DNA of 64,000 bases from positions 1-64,000 of IMG/VR virus record IMGVR_UViG_3300037183_000141; one strand, written 5' to 3'. Position numbers and translations under genes: made by a program. Shown here one piece after another: positions 18,961 through 28,469 of the stretch (position 1 is the stretch's first letter; each line of letters begins with the position of its first letter). The stretch is from a virus (Duplodnaviria; Caudoviricetes). Below the pieces are notes generated by a model. The model was not told the DNA's origin and made no database searches. It saw only the letters and a list, made by a program, of their open reading frames with translations.

Positions 18961-19797
18961 TTACATCTGATCGAGGTCGAACGTCGTGCTCACGACCCGG
19001 GCAGCCTCCACGCGGACGGAGGAGACGAACTCGGTCCCCTCCTCGCACCCGGAAAGATAGTCGCAACGACGGCAGTTGATGGACGGAGTGGCGCCGAAAA
19101 CCTTCAGACGGACCTTCTCCTCGGTATCGAAGGCGCGATCGATGACCTCGCGCATATCGTTCGCCCCGTAGTCAACCCACTGGAGCGGGTCGCTCGGAAA
19201 GCGCCAGTAGATAAAGCCGATGCGGTCCGGGGCAACCCTGTACTTGAGATAGTGGAGCGTCGCGTACCAGATGAGCTGCATCGAGTCGACGTAGGCCTCC
19301 CGGTACTTCGAGCCCTTTCCGTCCTGGATGGTGACGCTCCCCTGCCCAGCCCGGTGCAGGAAGTCGGCGCGGCCGCCAAACTTCATGGTGATGTCGCCCC
19401 TCGTGTACTCCTGGGTGAGGTCGAACTCGGCCACGGAGCCCGGGGTCACCAGCCTGTGCTGACGGATGACGTCGACGGTGGTCGGGACGTAGGTCTCGAT
19501 GTCGTTCTTTAGGGAGACCGCGAAGTGCCGGTCTTCCGCGAGGTCATACTTCTTCTCGGCGCAAACCTGGGCGATGGCGGCTTTAACCCACGACATGACG
19601 AGGGCGGTCGGGTTCTTCTTCAGGTAGGCCTTTCGTTCATAGAACCACTCGAACAGCTTGCCCATGACCGAGCCGAACAGGGAGTTCTTGGGGTCCGAGA
19701 ACACCCGGAGCTTGTCCACGTACTGAAGCCGATACTTCTTCGGGCACAGCCGATAGGTGGACATCCCGGAGTAGCTGAGGTAGAACGGCTCCTTCAT
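18961..19797 (-). CDS. PD-(D/E)XK nuclease (RecB/Cas4/AddB-like)
   Basis: LSYSGMSTYRLCPKKY, GGRADF, IQDGKGS, C-terminal CRRCDY...C cysteines. Confidence 0.85.
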   Translation of the reverse strand: MKEPFYLSYSGMSTYRLCPKKYRLQYVDKLRVFSDPKNSLFGSVMGKLFEWFYERKAYLKKNPTALVMSWVKAAIAQVCAEKKYDLAEDRHFAVSLKNDIETYVPTTVDVIRQHRLVTPGSVAEFDLTQEYTRGDITMKFGGRADFLHRAGQGSVTIQDGKGSKYREAYVDSMQLIWYATLHYLKYRVAPDRIGFIYWRFPSDPLQWVDYGANDMREVIDRAFDTEEKVRLKVFGATPSINCRRCDYLSGCEEGTEFVSSVRVEAARVVSTTFDLDQM

Positions 19798-20789
19798 GCC
19801 TCGACGTCACCGGTCTCGGCGGCCTCCATGGCGTCCAGGATGACGTTACGGAGCTCGTCCGGATAGTCCGGGGAGGTGCGGAGGTGGGCGAGCTTCTCGT
19901 CCAGGCCGTAGTTCTCCATGGTCGTAGACTTGAGCTGCTTAATGAAGTCGTCGAGGCTCTTTCGGGAGCGCTCAACCTCCTTCTTCTTGTCCAGATCGAA
20001 CACCTTGGAAGCGTCCTCGCACGGGATTTCATGGACGTCGACCGATATCCCGGACGAGGTGCACGTGATGCTAGAGACCTTGGGACGGCGCTCGAGGTTC
20101 TCGAACGTCAGGGCGCCACGGGAGACGGCCCCGAGGTTTATAAACTGGGTCCCGAGGTGCTCCCGGACGCCCTGGTCCTTATGGTAGTGGCCGAAGACGT
20201 AGACGTCCGGGCAGCCGTCGAAGACGAGGTCGCGATAGTCGAACACAGTCTCGTTGAAGAACGACTGAATGCGCTCCTCCGGGGCGTAGGCAGCCAGGGC
20301 GTGGACGACAGCTATCGTGTATGTGTCCCCGTCCTTCTTCCGGACGAGGTCCCTGAGCGTGTCGTGCGCCAGGTCGGTCGTGTAGTCGACGCCGACGACC
20401 CGGACGGACATTGAACCCGAGACGAACGTCTCGTCCTTCAGAGGGCGGAAGACGCCGGATTTCAGGAGCACGCCGAGCGGCTGACGCGGGATGGACTCCG
20501 GGTCGTTGAAGCTCATATCGTGGTTCCCGCATACCGAGTAGGTGGGGCACGAGTACCCGCGGTGGATGGCCGCCGCCTTGGCGAGCGTACCCATCGTGGT
20601 CTTATTGGCAGGCTTCACATGAATGAAGTCGCCCCCGCGGTGGACAGCGGCGCACTCAAGCCTGCGCGCGAGCTCGCCCTGCCATTCGAGCTTCGCGAGG
20701 ATGGCGTCCTTATAGGAGTCTTTCCTATAGCCGGGGTTCTGGTCCGCCAGGTGCTCGTCGGTGGACGTGAGAAAGCGTATCGAGGACAT
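19794..20789 (-). CDS. sbcD: SbcD/Mre11-like metallophosphoesterase nuclease
   Basis: TDEHL, GGDFIH, GNHD, FGHYH motifs; TACTCT 7 nt before ATG. Confidence 0.88.
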   Translation of the reverse strand: MSSIRFLTSTDEHLADQNPGYRKDSYKDAILAKLEWQGELARRLECAAVHRGGDFIHVKPANKTTMGTLAKAAAIHRGYSCPTYSVCGNHDMSFNDPESIPRQPLGVLLKSGVFRPLKDETFVSGSMSVRVVGVDYTTDLAHDTLRDLVRKKDGDTYTIAVVHALAAYAPEERIQSFFNETVFDYRDLVFDGCPDVYVFGHYHKDQGVREHLGTQFINLGAVSRGALTFENLERRPKVSSITCTSSGISVDVHEIPCEDASKVFDLDKKKEVERSRKSLDDFIKQLKSTTMENYGLDEKLAHLRTSPDYPDELRNVILDAMEAAETGDVEA

Positions 20790-20830
20790 ACCCCCGAGAG
20801 TACACCACGATGGCGTCCCTTACGAGGGGA

Positions 20831-23050
20831 TCAGGCCGTGGCTTCCGTCCGGAGGGAGGCGGATATCAGCGCCCCGAGGTCCGAGTTCCGGACGGTCTCC
20901 CGCTCGTTGGCCGCGGCGTATGTGAAGGCCGTAGGGTCCCCGAAGAGGAAAACTTTCTTCTTGGCGCGCGTTATGGCCGTATACACCAGGTTCCGATAGA
21001 GCATGATGCCGTATTGCATCGTCATCGGCATGATCACGTAGTCGAACTCCTGTCCCTGGACCTTATGGGTGGTGCAGGCATAAGCCACGTTCATGGCGGA
21101 CTTGCACTCCTCGACCTTGAACGTGAAGACCTTGTCGACGTACCTCGGAATGGACGACTCCTGGTCGAACCAGTTGAAGACACGGACGTCGACCTGGTCG
21201 TCCTTCAGGGAGATACGCTGGACCTTCCCGACGTCCCCGTTGAAAATAGCGCGCTCGTAGTCGTTCCGGACCAGCATGACGCGGTCGCCCTCATAGAGAT
21301 CGCAGGAGCCGTGCTTTATTTTGGCGGCGCGGCCGGATATGAACTCAGGGTTCAGGACCTCCCGGAGGCGCCTATTGAGGGTGTTGACGCCCAGGTCCCC
21401 ATCATACTTCGGCGCTATGACCTGGAAGTTCGATCCCTTCTCGAGCATGAGCTTGGTGAGGGTGCAGATCTCGTCCACGACGTCCGACTGCTTGTAGTTC
21501 AGGAAGACGAACTGGGAGCCCGCCGGGCGCTCGATGTCGATGCGCTTCCCAGCCAGTATATCGTGGGCGATGGTAATGATGTCCGACTGCTGCTCCTGGC
21601 GGTAGATTTTCGTCAGGGCGACGTGCGGGACGTCCAGGCACTCCATGAGCGCGTTCAGGACAAAGCCGGCGCCGACCGACGGGAGTTGGGCTCGGTCCCC
21701 GACCAGGATGAGGATGGTAGCCGGCGAGAGAGCCGAGATGAGGCGGTAGAAGGTCTCGCCATCCACCATGGACATCTCGTCGACAATGACGGCGTCGGCA
21801 TAGAACTTATTGGAGGAGCAGAACTCCCAGCCGCCGTCCTGCTTATAACCGAGGGCCCGGTGAATGGTCGAGGCGGGCTTTCCCGTAACCTGGGAGAGGC
21901 GTTTGGCGGCGATGCCGGTCGGAGAAAGAAGATAATAGTCCAGATTGTTCACGTCGAACAGGTGGACGAAGGCCGAGATGAGGGTGGTCTTGCCGGTCCC
22001 GGGGTAGCCGGAGACGACGCAGAGTCTGGAGGCGGCCAAGAGCATGAAAGAGCCGCGCTGCTCCGGGGACAGCTCAATGCCGCGAGACTTCTCGTAGTCG
22101 GCCAGGATGACGGCCAGATCCCCGAGGTTCTTCGGGCCATTCTCCAAGAACATGGAGACGGCGGAGGCGGCGGAGGACTCGTGCTCCCAGTTTTCACGGA
22201 GGTAGAGCTTAGTCCCGTCGGAGACAATGGACCCGGAACGCTTGAGCTCTATGAGGGCCGGATAGTACGCGGACTCCGCGATATAATCGCCGTGCGAGAA
22301 ATGGTCGAGACCATGCCGGAAGAGCCTCTTCGAGTGCTTCAGGATCTGGTCGGAGGTCACGAACATGTGGCCCTCCGAGTGGGAGAGGTCCGACATGCAG
22401 TACTGGATCATAGCCAGCACGCGGCGCGGGTCGTCCCTCCCGATCCCGAGCTTCCGGGCGGCGTTGTCGGCTGAAGGGAAGCCGATGCCGGGACACTCGT
22501 ACAGACAGTAGGCGTTCTCCTTGACCATGGAGGTCGTGGCCGCGCCGAACTTCGTGTAGGCCGACCGAACCTGAAAGGAGGTGAGCCCAAGGTCGGTCAG
22601 GAATATGGAGACCGAGCGCTGCTCGGACGACTTCTTCCACTCCTCGACGATCGACTCTATCTGCTTTCCGGTGAGGAAGTCGCATTCCGAGAGGCGCTCC
22701 GGGGAGCTCTCGAGCACGTCGATGAGACCGTCGCCGAAGTGGCCGTAGAGCTTTCCGGCCGTCACCGGGCCGATGGAGTTGACGTTGCTCACCAGATAAG
22801 TGATGACGCCGTTCCGGCCCTTCTCGACCAAGATCTCGCAGGAGCGGGCGGACAGCTGCTTTCCCCACTTCGGATGGTCCACCCAGTCGCCGGAAAACTT
22901 CGCCCTGATGCCCTCAGCTATCGGGAAGCCAGGAAAGTTTCCGCAGACGACCGCCTTGCCGCCGCCGTCGACGGCGATGCGTAGGGCATAGTACGCCGTC
23001 CCCTTATTGGCGAAGAGAAGCCCGCTGATTTTTCCTACGACGTCTTGCAC
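20831..23050 (-). CDS. recD2: RecD2-like SF1B helicase
   Basis: N-terminal OB + HhH (IGPVTAGKLY), GYPGTGKTT, IVDEMSM, VGDRAQLPSV, YACTTHKVQGQEF, LVYTAITRAK. Confidence 0.93.
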   Translation of the reverse strand: MQDVVGKISGLLFANKGTAYYALRIAVDGGGKAVVCGNFPGFPIAEGIRAKFSGDWVDHPKWGKQLSARSCEILVEKGRNGVITYLVSNVNSIGPVTAGKLYGHFGDGLIDVLESSPERLSECDFLTGKQIESIVEEWKKSSEQRSVSIFLTDLGLTSFQVRSAYTKFGAATTSMVKENAYCLYECPGIGFPSADNAARKLGIGRDDPRRVLAMIQYCMSDLSHSEGHMFVTSDQILKHSKRLFRHGLDHFSHGDYIAESAYYPALIELKRSGSIVSDGTKLYLRENWEHESSAASAVSMFLENGPKNLGDLAVILADYEKSRGIELSPEQRGSFMLLAASRLCVVSGYPGTGKTTLISAFVHLFDVNNLDYYLLSPTGIAAKRLSQVTGKPASTIHRALGYKQDGGWEFCSSNKFYADAVIVDEMSMVDGETFYRLISALSPATILILVGDRAQLPSVGAGFVLNALMECLDVPHVALTKIYRQEQQSDIITIAHDILAGKRIDIERPAGSQFVFLNYKQSDVVDEICTLTKLMLEKGSNFQVIAPKYDGDLGVNTLNRRLREVLNPEFISGRAAKIKHGSCDLYEGDRVMLVRNDYERAIFNGDVGKVQRISLKDDQVDVRVFNWFDQESSIPRYVDKVFTFKVEECKSAMNVAYACTTHKVQGQEFDYVIMPMTMQYGIMLYRNLVYTAITRAKKKVFLFGDPTAFTYAAANERETVRNSDLGALISASLRTEATA

Positions 23051-23478
23051 TTGCCCGGGGACAGTACATTAGAACCCGGTGAGGCCATCACCCCGGACTC
23101 GCCAGTCCTGTTTTCAAGGACATGATCAAAGCCTCGGGAAATGATCTCGGCGAGGACCGAATGTCCGATGGGCGCCGAAAAGCCGTAGCTCGGAAGCTTT
23201 TCGCGAGCGATCTTCAGGACCTTGGTCGCAAACCAAGTCCGGAGTATAGGCCACTCGGGGGCGCGACGGCAGTAGTCGGCGGAGGCCTTCACCGGCGCCT
23301 CGGCGGCCTTCAGGAGGGCTTCTTCGGCCTCCATGCATGGATGCTCAGGATCGTCCAGATGACGGGCCAGAAGGGCGTGGCGGACCAGTCGGTCCGCATA
23401 GGTTTCCATGACTTCGGGAGCGAAGGGCTGCTTGGGCATATTGGGACCGTTAGCAATGTACGTGCCGGTAGTATCCAT
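23035..23478 (-). CDS. Hypothetical protein
   Basis: Fills the gap between ligase-C and recD2; start uncertain (23478 or 23438). Confidence 0.5.
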   Translation of the reverse strand: MDTTGTYIANGPNMPKQPFAPEVMETYADRLVRHALLARHLDDPEHPCMEAEEALLKAAEAPVKASADYCRRAPEWPILRTWFATKVLKIAREKLPSYGFSAPIGHSVLAEIISRGFDHVLENRTGESGVMASPGSNVLSPGKCKTS

Positions 23479-23590
23479 TTACGGGCCGGAGCCCGAGAAG
23501 GCTTGGAGGACCAAGAGAACCCTGGAGAATGTGGCGTGACTTTCTTGCAGCCACGCGGCGGGACGGCGCTAAAAAAGCTCGCAGCCTCTT

Positions 23591-24394
23591 CTAAGAGGAC
23601 TTCCCGTCCAGGAGCGCGACAAGGTCGGCCTCGGATATGACGGGAACGCCGTGCTTCTTGGCCGCGACCATCTTGCTGGTGGTGGCGTCCGGATAGTTCG
23701 TGACGAGGTATGACGTGGTCTTCGAGACAGACCCCTTCGGGATCCCGCCGGCGTCCATGATCCGCTTCTCCAGCGCCTTGCGCGGGACCGAGGTCGCCTC
23801 GGTGATGCATACTGTCTTGCCGACGAGGGGTCCGACCGCTATCGGCGCCTTCAGGGAAACGACGGTCAGGACGTCCAGGAGGACGTCCCGCTTAGACAGG
23901 AGGCCTTCCTGGATCTGCCGAGCGGTGATGTCGCCAACGTTCTGGACGGACTTCAGGGCCTCGAAGTCGGCGGAGAGCATCTTCTCAGCGGTGTCGATAC
24001 CGCCCTGGACCAGGTCGGTGGCCGTCGAGAGGCCGAAGTTCGGGATGTTCAGGGACGAGACCACGAGCTCGAGAGGGAGCTCTTTGTTCCCGTGCAGGGC
24101 GGCGTGACACTTCGCCGCCATCTTCATGCCGGAGCAATGGAGGGCCCAGTCCTCGACGGAAAGGCGGTAGAGGTCGGCTATTGAGCCGATGGCCGGAGGG
24201 TCGCCGGCAGTCAGGGAGTCGATGGTGGCCTCCCCGATATGCAGGAGTCCAAGGTTGCGGACCCAGACCTTCACGGAGCCGGACAGCCGGGACGGGCAAG
24301 ACTCGCTGACGCAGTAGAGAAAGTCGCCGCGCTCGGCGGTCGGGCCGGAGCAAACGGGACAAAGGGTCGGTATCTCGAAAAGGTCTTCCGCCAT
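23591..24394 (-). CDS. ligA: NAD-dependent DNA ligase, C-terminal half (Zn finger, HhH, BRCT)
   Basis: IPTLCPVCSG...LYCVSESCP (Zn finger), LHIGEATI, LNIPNFGLSTA, VQNVGDITA (HhH), GKTVCITEA...GGIPKGSVSKTTSYLV...SKMVAAKKHGVPVISE (BRCT). Confidence 0.9.
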   Translation of the reverse strand: MAEDLFEIPTLCPVCSGPTAERGDFLYCVSESCPSRLSGSVKVWVRNLGLLHIGEATIDSLTAGDPPAIGSIADLYRLSVEDWALHCSGMKMAAKCHAALHGNKELPLELVVSSLNIPNFGLSTATDLVQGGIDTAEKMLSADFEALKSVQNVGDITARQIQEGLLSKRDVLLDVLTVVSLKAPIAVGPLVGKTVCITEATSVPRKALEKRIMDAGGIPKGSVSKTTSYLVTNYPDATTSKMVAAKKHGVPVISEADLVALLDGKSS

Positions 24395-24399
24395 TGCGG

Positions 24400-24405
24400 A
24401 AAGTA
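24400..24405 (-). promoter_or_regulatory. -10 box (TACTTT) 5 nt upstream of the ligase C-half ATG; leaderless promoter
   Basis: gcgTACTTTccgcaATG on the minus strand; same geometry as about 20 other genes. Confidence 0.65.
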
Positions 24406-24415
24406 CGCCGGGAGA

Positions 24416-25009
24416 CTACTTCTGCTGTCCCTGACCCTGCTCGTCGTCGCCCTTCTTCTCGTCTTTCTTCTCGTCCTCGTCGAAGCCCTTGAACTCTTCA
24501 TCATCGCCCTCGAGGTTGAGCTCGGTGTCGAAGTCGCCCTCGGGACGCTTGAACTCGGCCGGGATGGCGGGAGGAGGGGTCCCGGGAGGGGCGCCGCCGC
24601 CGGAGCCGCCGCCGCCGGAGCCGCCGCCGAACTGCTTTTCCTTCATCATTGAGGCGTCGCCCTCGTGGAAGGCCTTCATGAACGTCGAAAGACGCTCACC
24701 AAGATCGAGGACGACCGACGAAATCTTCTCGAGCTCGGAGAGCTCGCCACCAATGAAGTCGCCCTGAAGGCGTGCGAGCTTCGAATAGAGGACGTGAGTG
24801 TCTTTGAGAACGTCCGCGATATAGGAGTTGACCCTCTGCCAGTCCGCGTCGTGCTCCGACGGCTGCTGCGGCTCCTCACCGAAGGCTAGGACCGGGCTTC
24901 CGGCGATCTCCGCGGCGATTCGGGAGAAGCTGGTCGGCCGACGGGGGAGGTCACCCGAGAGCTTGGCCGACATGGCGGCAGCCTGCGTCTGAAAGCTTGA
25001 TATGCTCAT
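24416..25009 (-). CDS. Hypothetical protein with helical core, Gly/Pro linker and acidic tail
   Basis: Start at ATG 25009 (MSISSFQ...) within ORF 24416..25189; GC3 bias. Confidence 0.65.
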   Translation of the reverse strand: MSISSFQTQAAAMSAKLSGDLPRRPTSFSRIAAEIAGSPVLAFGEEPQQPSEHDADWQRVNSYIADVLKDTHVLYSKLARLQGDFIGGELSELEKISSVVLDLGERLSTFMKAFHEGDASMMKEKQFGGGSGGGGSGGGAPPGTPPPAIPAEFKRPEGDFDTELNLEGDDEEFKGFDEDEKKDEKKGDDEQGQGQQK

Positions 25010-25056
25010 GGGGCTAGGGACTATCAGACACCAAAGGCCTAAGTGTAAAGGCAGAG

Positions 25057-25422
25057 ATGAGCGATGGCATGAGCGACGGATATAGGGAAAGCCTCGAGGA
25101 GCGCGCCCGACAGTGGAAGCTGGCCAACTACGGAATGGAAGCCTGCTACACCTGCGGGAAGAAGGGCCAACTGCTGAGCACAGACCCATATTCCTTCGAA
25201 AAGTACAAGCACGTGGACCACCTCTCTGGCGAGGTCCCGGTAAGGGTCAAGTTCTGCTCCCAACAGTGCCTGGACTCGAACAACGCGATGTTGGGGATGG
25301 TGAAGGCCTTGGAAGCCTTCATCGGGGAGGCGTCGGTCCACGCCTTCTCCCCGGCCCTGCGGGTGACGGCCAGGAAGCTGGTAGAGGACGTATTGAGGAA
25401 GTCGAGGAGGCCGAATGTCTGA
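25057..25422 (+). CDS. Small Zn-binding (TRASH/MYM-like) protein
   Basis: CYTCGKK...KFCSQQCLD; overlaps the ligase-N start. Confidence 0.6.
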   Translation: MSDGMSDGYRESLEERARQWKLANYGMEACYTCGKKGQLLSTDPYSFEKYKHVDHLSGEVPVRVKFCSQQCLDSNNAMLGMVKALEAFIGEASVHAFSPALRVTARKLVEDVLRKSRRPNV

Positions 25423-26644
25423 CTATGCGAAGAACTCGAAGGGCGAATGCGTCCACTGCAAGGACACAGGAACACACGGTGACGAGTTCACGGGCGGAGA
25501 AAGCTATTGTTCCGGGTGTCCGAACGGCGAGGCCGCGAAGCTCCGGGATGAGCTAAAGGTCCTCCGGGAGGCCTACTACAACCTCGAGCCGAAGGCGTCG
25601 GACGCCGTCTACGACGCGAAGCTGGCGAGGCTCAGGGAGCTCTCCCCGAACGACTTCGAGGTCAAGGCTGTGGGTGCCTCCGTCCCGAGGCTGTCGGTCT
25701 GGGAGAAGGTCCAGCACAAGATCCCGATGGGCTCGCTGTCCAAGGTGAACTCGGAGGCCGAGCTCCGCGAGTGGGCCGCCAGGGTCGGGGCGAGGACAAA
25801 GATCGGGGACCTTCAGACCGAGTTTCTCTTCACGTACAAGATAGACGGGTCGAGCATGGAGCTCGTCTACGAGGGCGGAAAGCTGGTCCGGTGCGTCACT
25901 CGCGGGGACGGAGTCGTCGGAGAGGACGTCACCGAGAACGTCCGGAAGATCCCGGACGTCCCGGCGACCATCCCGATCACAGAGGAGGTTACGGTCCGCG
26001 GGGAGGTCGTGATGACCAAGGAGGTGTTCGAGCGCGTCTACGCCGCCGAGTACGCGAACCCGCGGAACACGGCGAACGGGAAGGTCCGGGAGAAGAAGGG
26101 CGGAGGGGAGGACTGCCGGAACATGCAATTCATCGCCTACACGCTGATGTCGGACACGGCCCCGAACAAGGAGGCACTCCGGTTCAAGATCCTGGAAAAA
26201 ATGAAGTTCACGGTCCCATTCTGGCAGGTCGTGACCCTGGACGAGGTGCAAAAGCTCCAGGAGAGGCTGGCCGCGGGAGAAAGGGAGAAGATCCCGTACG
26301 AGATCGACGGGACGGTCATCCGCCTGAACGACATAGCGAAACAGGAAGAGCTCGGCGACCTGAACATGCGCCCGCGGGGCCAGATAGCCTACAAGTTCGA
26401 GGCGGCCACGGGCGTCACGACGGTCGAGGACATAAAATGGCAGGTCGGGAACTCGGGGCGCGTGACGCCGGTAGCGAGCGTGGCCCCCGTGAACATCGGC
26501 GGGGTGACGATCACAAGCATCTCGCTCCACAACCTGTCGATGTTCCGGAAGCTGGCCCTATGCCCGGGCGACGAGGTCCTCGTCGAGCGATCTAACGACG
26601 TGATCCCGTACTTGAGGAAGAACCTTTCCCGCCCGGGAACTTGA
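25415..26644 (+). CDS. ligA: NAD-dependent DNA ligase, N-terminal half (Ia, adenylation and OB domains) with extra N-terminal CxxC...CxxC
   Basis: AYYN...SDAVYD, HKIPMGSLSK, motif I YKIDG, TRGDGVVGEDVT, VRGEV, ANPRNTANG, YEIDGTVI, IAYKF, WQVGNSGRVTPVA, GDEVLVERSNDVIP, then stop. Confidence 0.93.
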   Translation: MSDYAKNSKGECVHCKDTGTHGDEFTGGESYCSGCPNGEAAKLRDELKVLREAYYNLEPKASDAVYDAKLARLRELSPNDFEVKAVGASVPRLSVWEKVQHKIPMGSLSKVNSEAELREWAARVGARTKIGDLQTEFLFTYKIDGSSMELVYEGGKLVRCVTRGDGVVGEDVTENVRKIPDVPATIPITEEVTVRGEVVMTKEVFERVYAAEYANPRNTANGKVREKKGGGEDCRNMQFIAYTLMSDTAPNKEALRFKILEKMKFTVPFWQVVTLDEVQKLQERLAAGEREKIPYEIDGTVIRLNDIAKQEELGDLNMRPRGQIAYKFEAATGVTTVEDIKWQVGNSGRVTPVASVAPVNIGGVTITSISLHNLSMFRKLALCPGDEVLVERSNDVIPYLRKNLSRPGT

Positions 26645-27410
26645 TCTTATACTGCATGCAGGGAATCTGAGATACGGTAGATTCAACAAGTTGCATAAAA
26701 CATGGGACCTCAGGCCTTGAGAGTGAGATGACGGGACCATGTTTACTCTCTTGGACAAAGCTAGTGAAACCGAAATTTTGTAGCTTCGAACGTAAGAGAT
26801 TGATCTCATTGAGAGAAAAAGAATAAGTCGAAAAACGGACGACGACTGAATTTCCGACGAAACAGGATGTTCCGTCATCCATGAACCAATAAGCAAGAGC
26901 AGCCGGAGTTAGGTATAAAATCCATTTAGCGGTAACAGTTTTCTTCCGTTCAACCATGACGTGATCCCAAATGTCACCTAAGGCCCCCTTGTTTCGGTAG
27001 GCAAATCGGTGAACAGGATTTCCGATCTTATATCCACTATCCTGGATACGGGTATATATGTTCCCCATCGGAAGAATGGATTTCATATGTTCGACGTATC
27101 CGAACTGCGCATCACAATGCGAGTTTGAGAACACAATCGTGTATTTCGGCCCATTTCCCTCCGGAGCAGCCGGCCCGTATGAGGAAAGGCTGGAATCACC
27201 AAGGAGTGATCCATAAATAAGGTCCCTCTGGGCCTGAGAAAGAATATGTTTATTAGCTTCCATCCTACGGAAGCTGGAAAGACGGGCAGCCTCTCCTGCG
27301 AGGCGAGATCGCCCACGAAGAGCGACCTTTATATCTCTCCAGGCATAACCCGCGTTATGGATATCTTTTTGAGATAATCCGGAAGCGTATAAAGATATGA
27401 TCTTCTCCAT
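26592..27410 (-). CDS. Free-standing LAGLIDADG homing endonuclease
   Basis: LIYGSLLGDSSL and ALAYWFMDDG motifs; low GC; 3' end overlaps the ligase-N 3' end. Confidence 0.85.
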   Translation of the reverse strand: MEKIISLYASGLSQKDIHNAGYAWRDIKVALRGRSRLAGEAARLSSFRRMEANKHILSQAQRDLIYGSLLGDSSLSSYGPAAPEGNGPKYTIVFSNSHCDAQFGYVEHMKSILPMGNIYTRIQDSGYKIGNPVHRFAYRNKGALGDIWDHVMVERKKTVTAKWILYLTPAALAYWFMDDGTSCFVGNSVVVRFSTYSFSLNEINLLRSKLQNFGFTSFVQESKHGPVISLSRPEVPCFMQLVESTVSQIPCMQYKIKFPGGKGSSSSTGSRR

Positions 27411-27446
27411 GTTCCGAGATACGGAACAAGAGTCTAACACCTTTAT

Positions 27447-28469
27447 TCAGAACTCGTCGTTCAGCGAGATCGCGCCCTCGACGCCCATCTGATAAGCTGA
27501 CGGGCGCCGCTCGAAGAAGTTCGTGACCTCCTGGACGTCCTGCGAGTCGAGGAAGGAGAACGGGTTCTTGGAGCCGAAGCGGCGGGGAAGCTCGAGGCTC
27601 GAGAGGCGCTGGTCGGCGCAGTACTCGAGGTAACGGCGGACGTCGCCGGTCGACAGGCCGATGACGCCGCCGGAGAGCATATCCTCGGCGAACTGCGTCT
27701 CACAGGCCACGGCCTCCTCGAGCATCGTGACGACGTCCTTGGCCAAGACGGAGTCGAAGAGACCCGGGTCCTCCCGACGGACCGTGTTCACGATCTGGAA
27801 GGCGAAGTTCATGTGCATGGACTCGTCCCGGAATACCCAGTTGGTCCCGGAAGCGAGGCCCTGCAGCAGGCCCCGCGAGCGAAGGAAGTAGACGTAGGCG
27901 AAGGCGCCGAAGAAGAACAGGCCCTCAATGCAGGAGGCGAAGCAGATGAGGTTGAGAAGGAACTGCTTACGGTCCCCCTTGGTCCTCAGCTTGTCGATCT
28001 CGCTGATCGAGTTCAGCCACTTCATGCAGAAGTCCGCCTTATGGCGGATGGAGGGAATATTCTCGACCGCCGAGAAAGCATCATTCCGGGCCTTCGGGTC
28101 CGGCACGTACGTGTCGAGGAGGGTTAGGTAGAACTGGACGTGGAGGGCCTCCTCATACAGCTGCCTCGACAGGTACATCCTGGCCTCGGGGGCGTTGATG
28201 TGCTTGTAGAGGTTTAGGACCAGGTTGTTCGAGACTATCGAGTCCCCCGTGGCGAAGAAGGCGACGAGCCGGTTCACCAGGTGGCGCTCCGAGTCCGTCA
28301 TCTTGTGCGCCAGATCCTGGACGTCGGTGGAGAAGTCGACCTCCTCCACCGTCCACGTGTTCTTCACCGCGTTGCGGTACATGTCGAAGAACTCGGGGTA
28401 GACCATGGGCCTCAGCGTGAGGCAGAGGCCGGGGTCCAGGATGTTCGAGGGACGGGATATCAGGCTCAT
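27447..28469 (-). CDS. nrdB: Ribonucleotide reductase class Ia beta subunit
   Basis: WTVEEVDFSTD, FFATGD, EEALHVQFY, IEGLFFFGAF, RDESMH, VTNFFERRPSAYQ. Confidence 0.95.
   Translation of the reverse strand: MSLISRPSNILDPGLCLTLRPMVYPEFFDMYRNAVKNTWTVEEVDFSTDVQDLAHKMTDSERHLVNRLVAFFATGDSIVSNNLVLNLYKHINAPEARMYLSRQLYEEALHVQFYLTLLDTYVPDPKARNDAFSAVENIPSIRHKADFCMKWLNSISEIDKLRTKGDRKQFLLNLICFASCIEGLFFFGAFAYVYFLRSRGLLQGLASGTNWVFRDESMHMNFAFQIVNTVRREDPGLFDSVLAKDVVTMLEEAVACETQFAEDMLSGGVIGLSTGDVRRYLEYCADQRLSSLELPRRFGSKNPFSFLDSQDVQEVTNFFERRPSAYQMGVEGAISLNDEF

Noticed and set aside
18961-19797. Cas4 implying a CRISPR-Cas locus
   Set aside because: No repeat-spacer array or other cas genes in the window; the context is recombination genes
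20810-22474. 554-aa plus-strand ORF and similar long antisense ORFs (1225..2619, 11505..12707, 16170..17552, 43214..44581)
   Set aside because: Each mirrors a well-supported opposite-strand gene in the stop-poor antisense frame
26592-27440. LAGLIDADG as part of an intein or group I intron joining the ligase halves or interrupting nrdB
   Set aside because: It lies on the strand opposite ligase-N, nrdB ends intact at 27447, and no intein splice residues or intron core were recognisable
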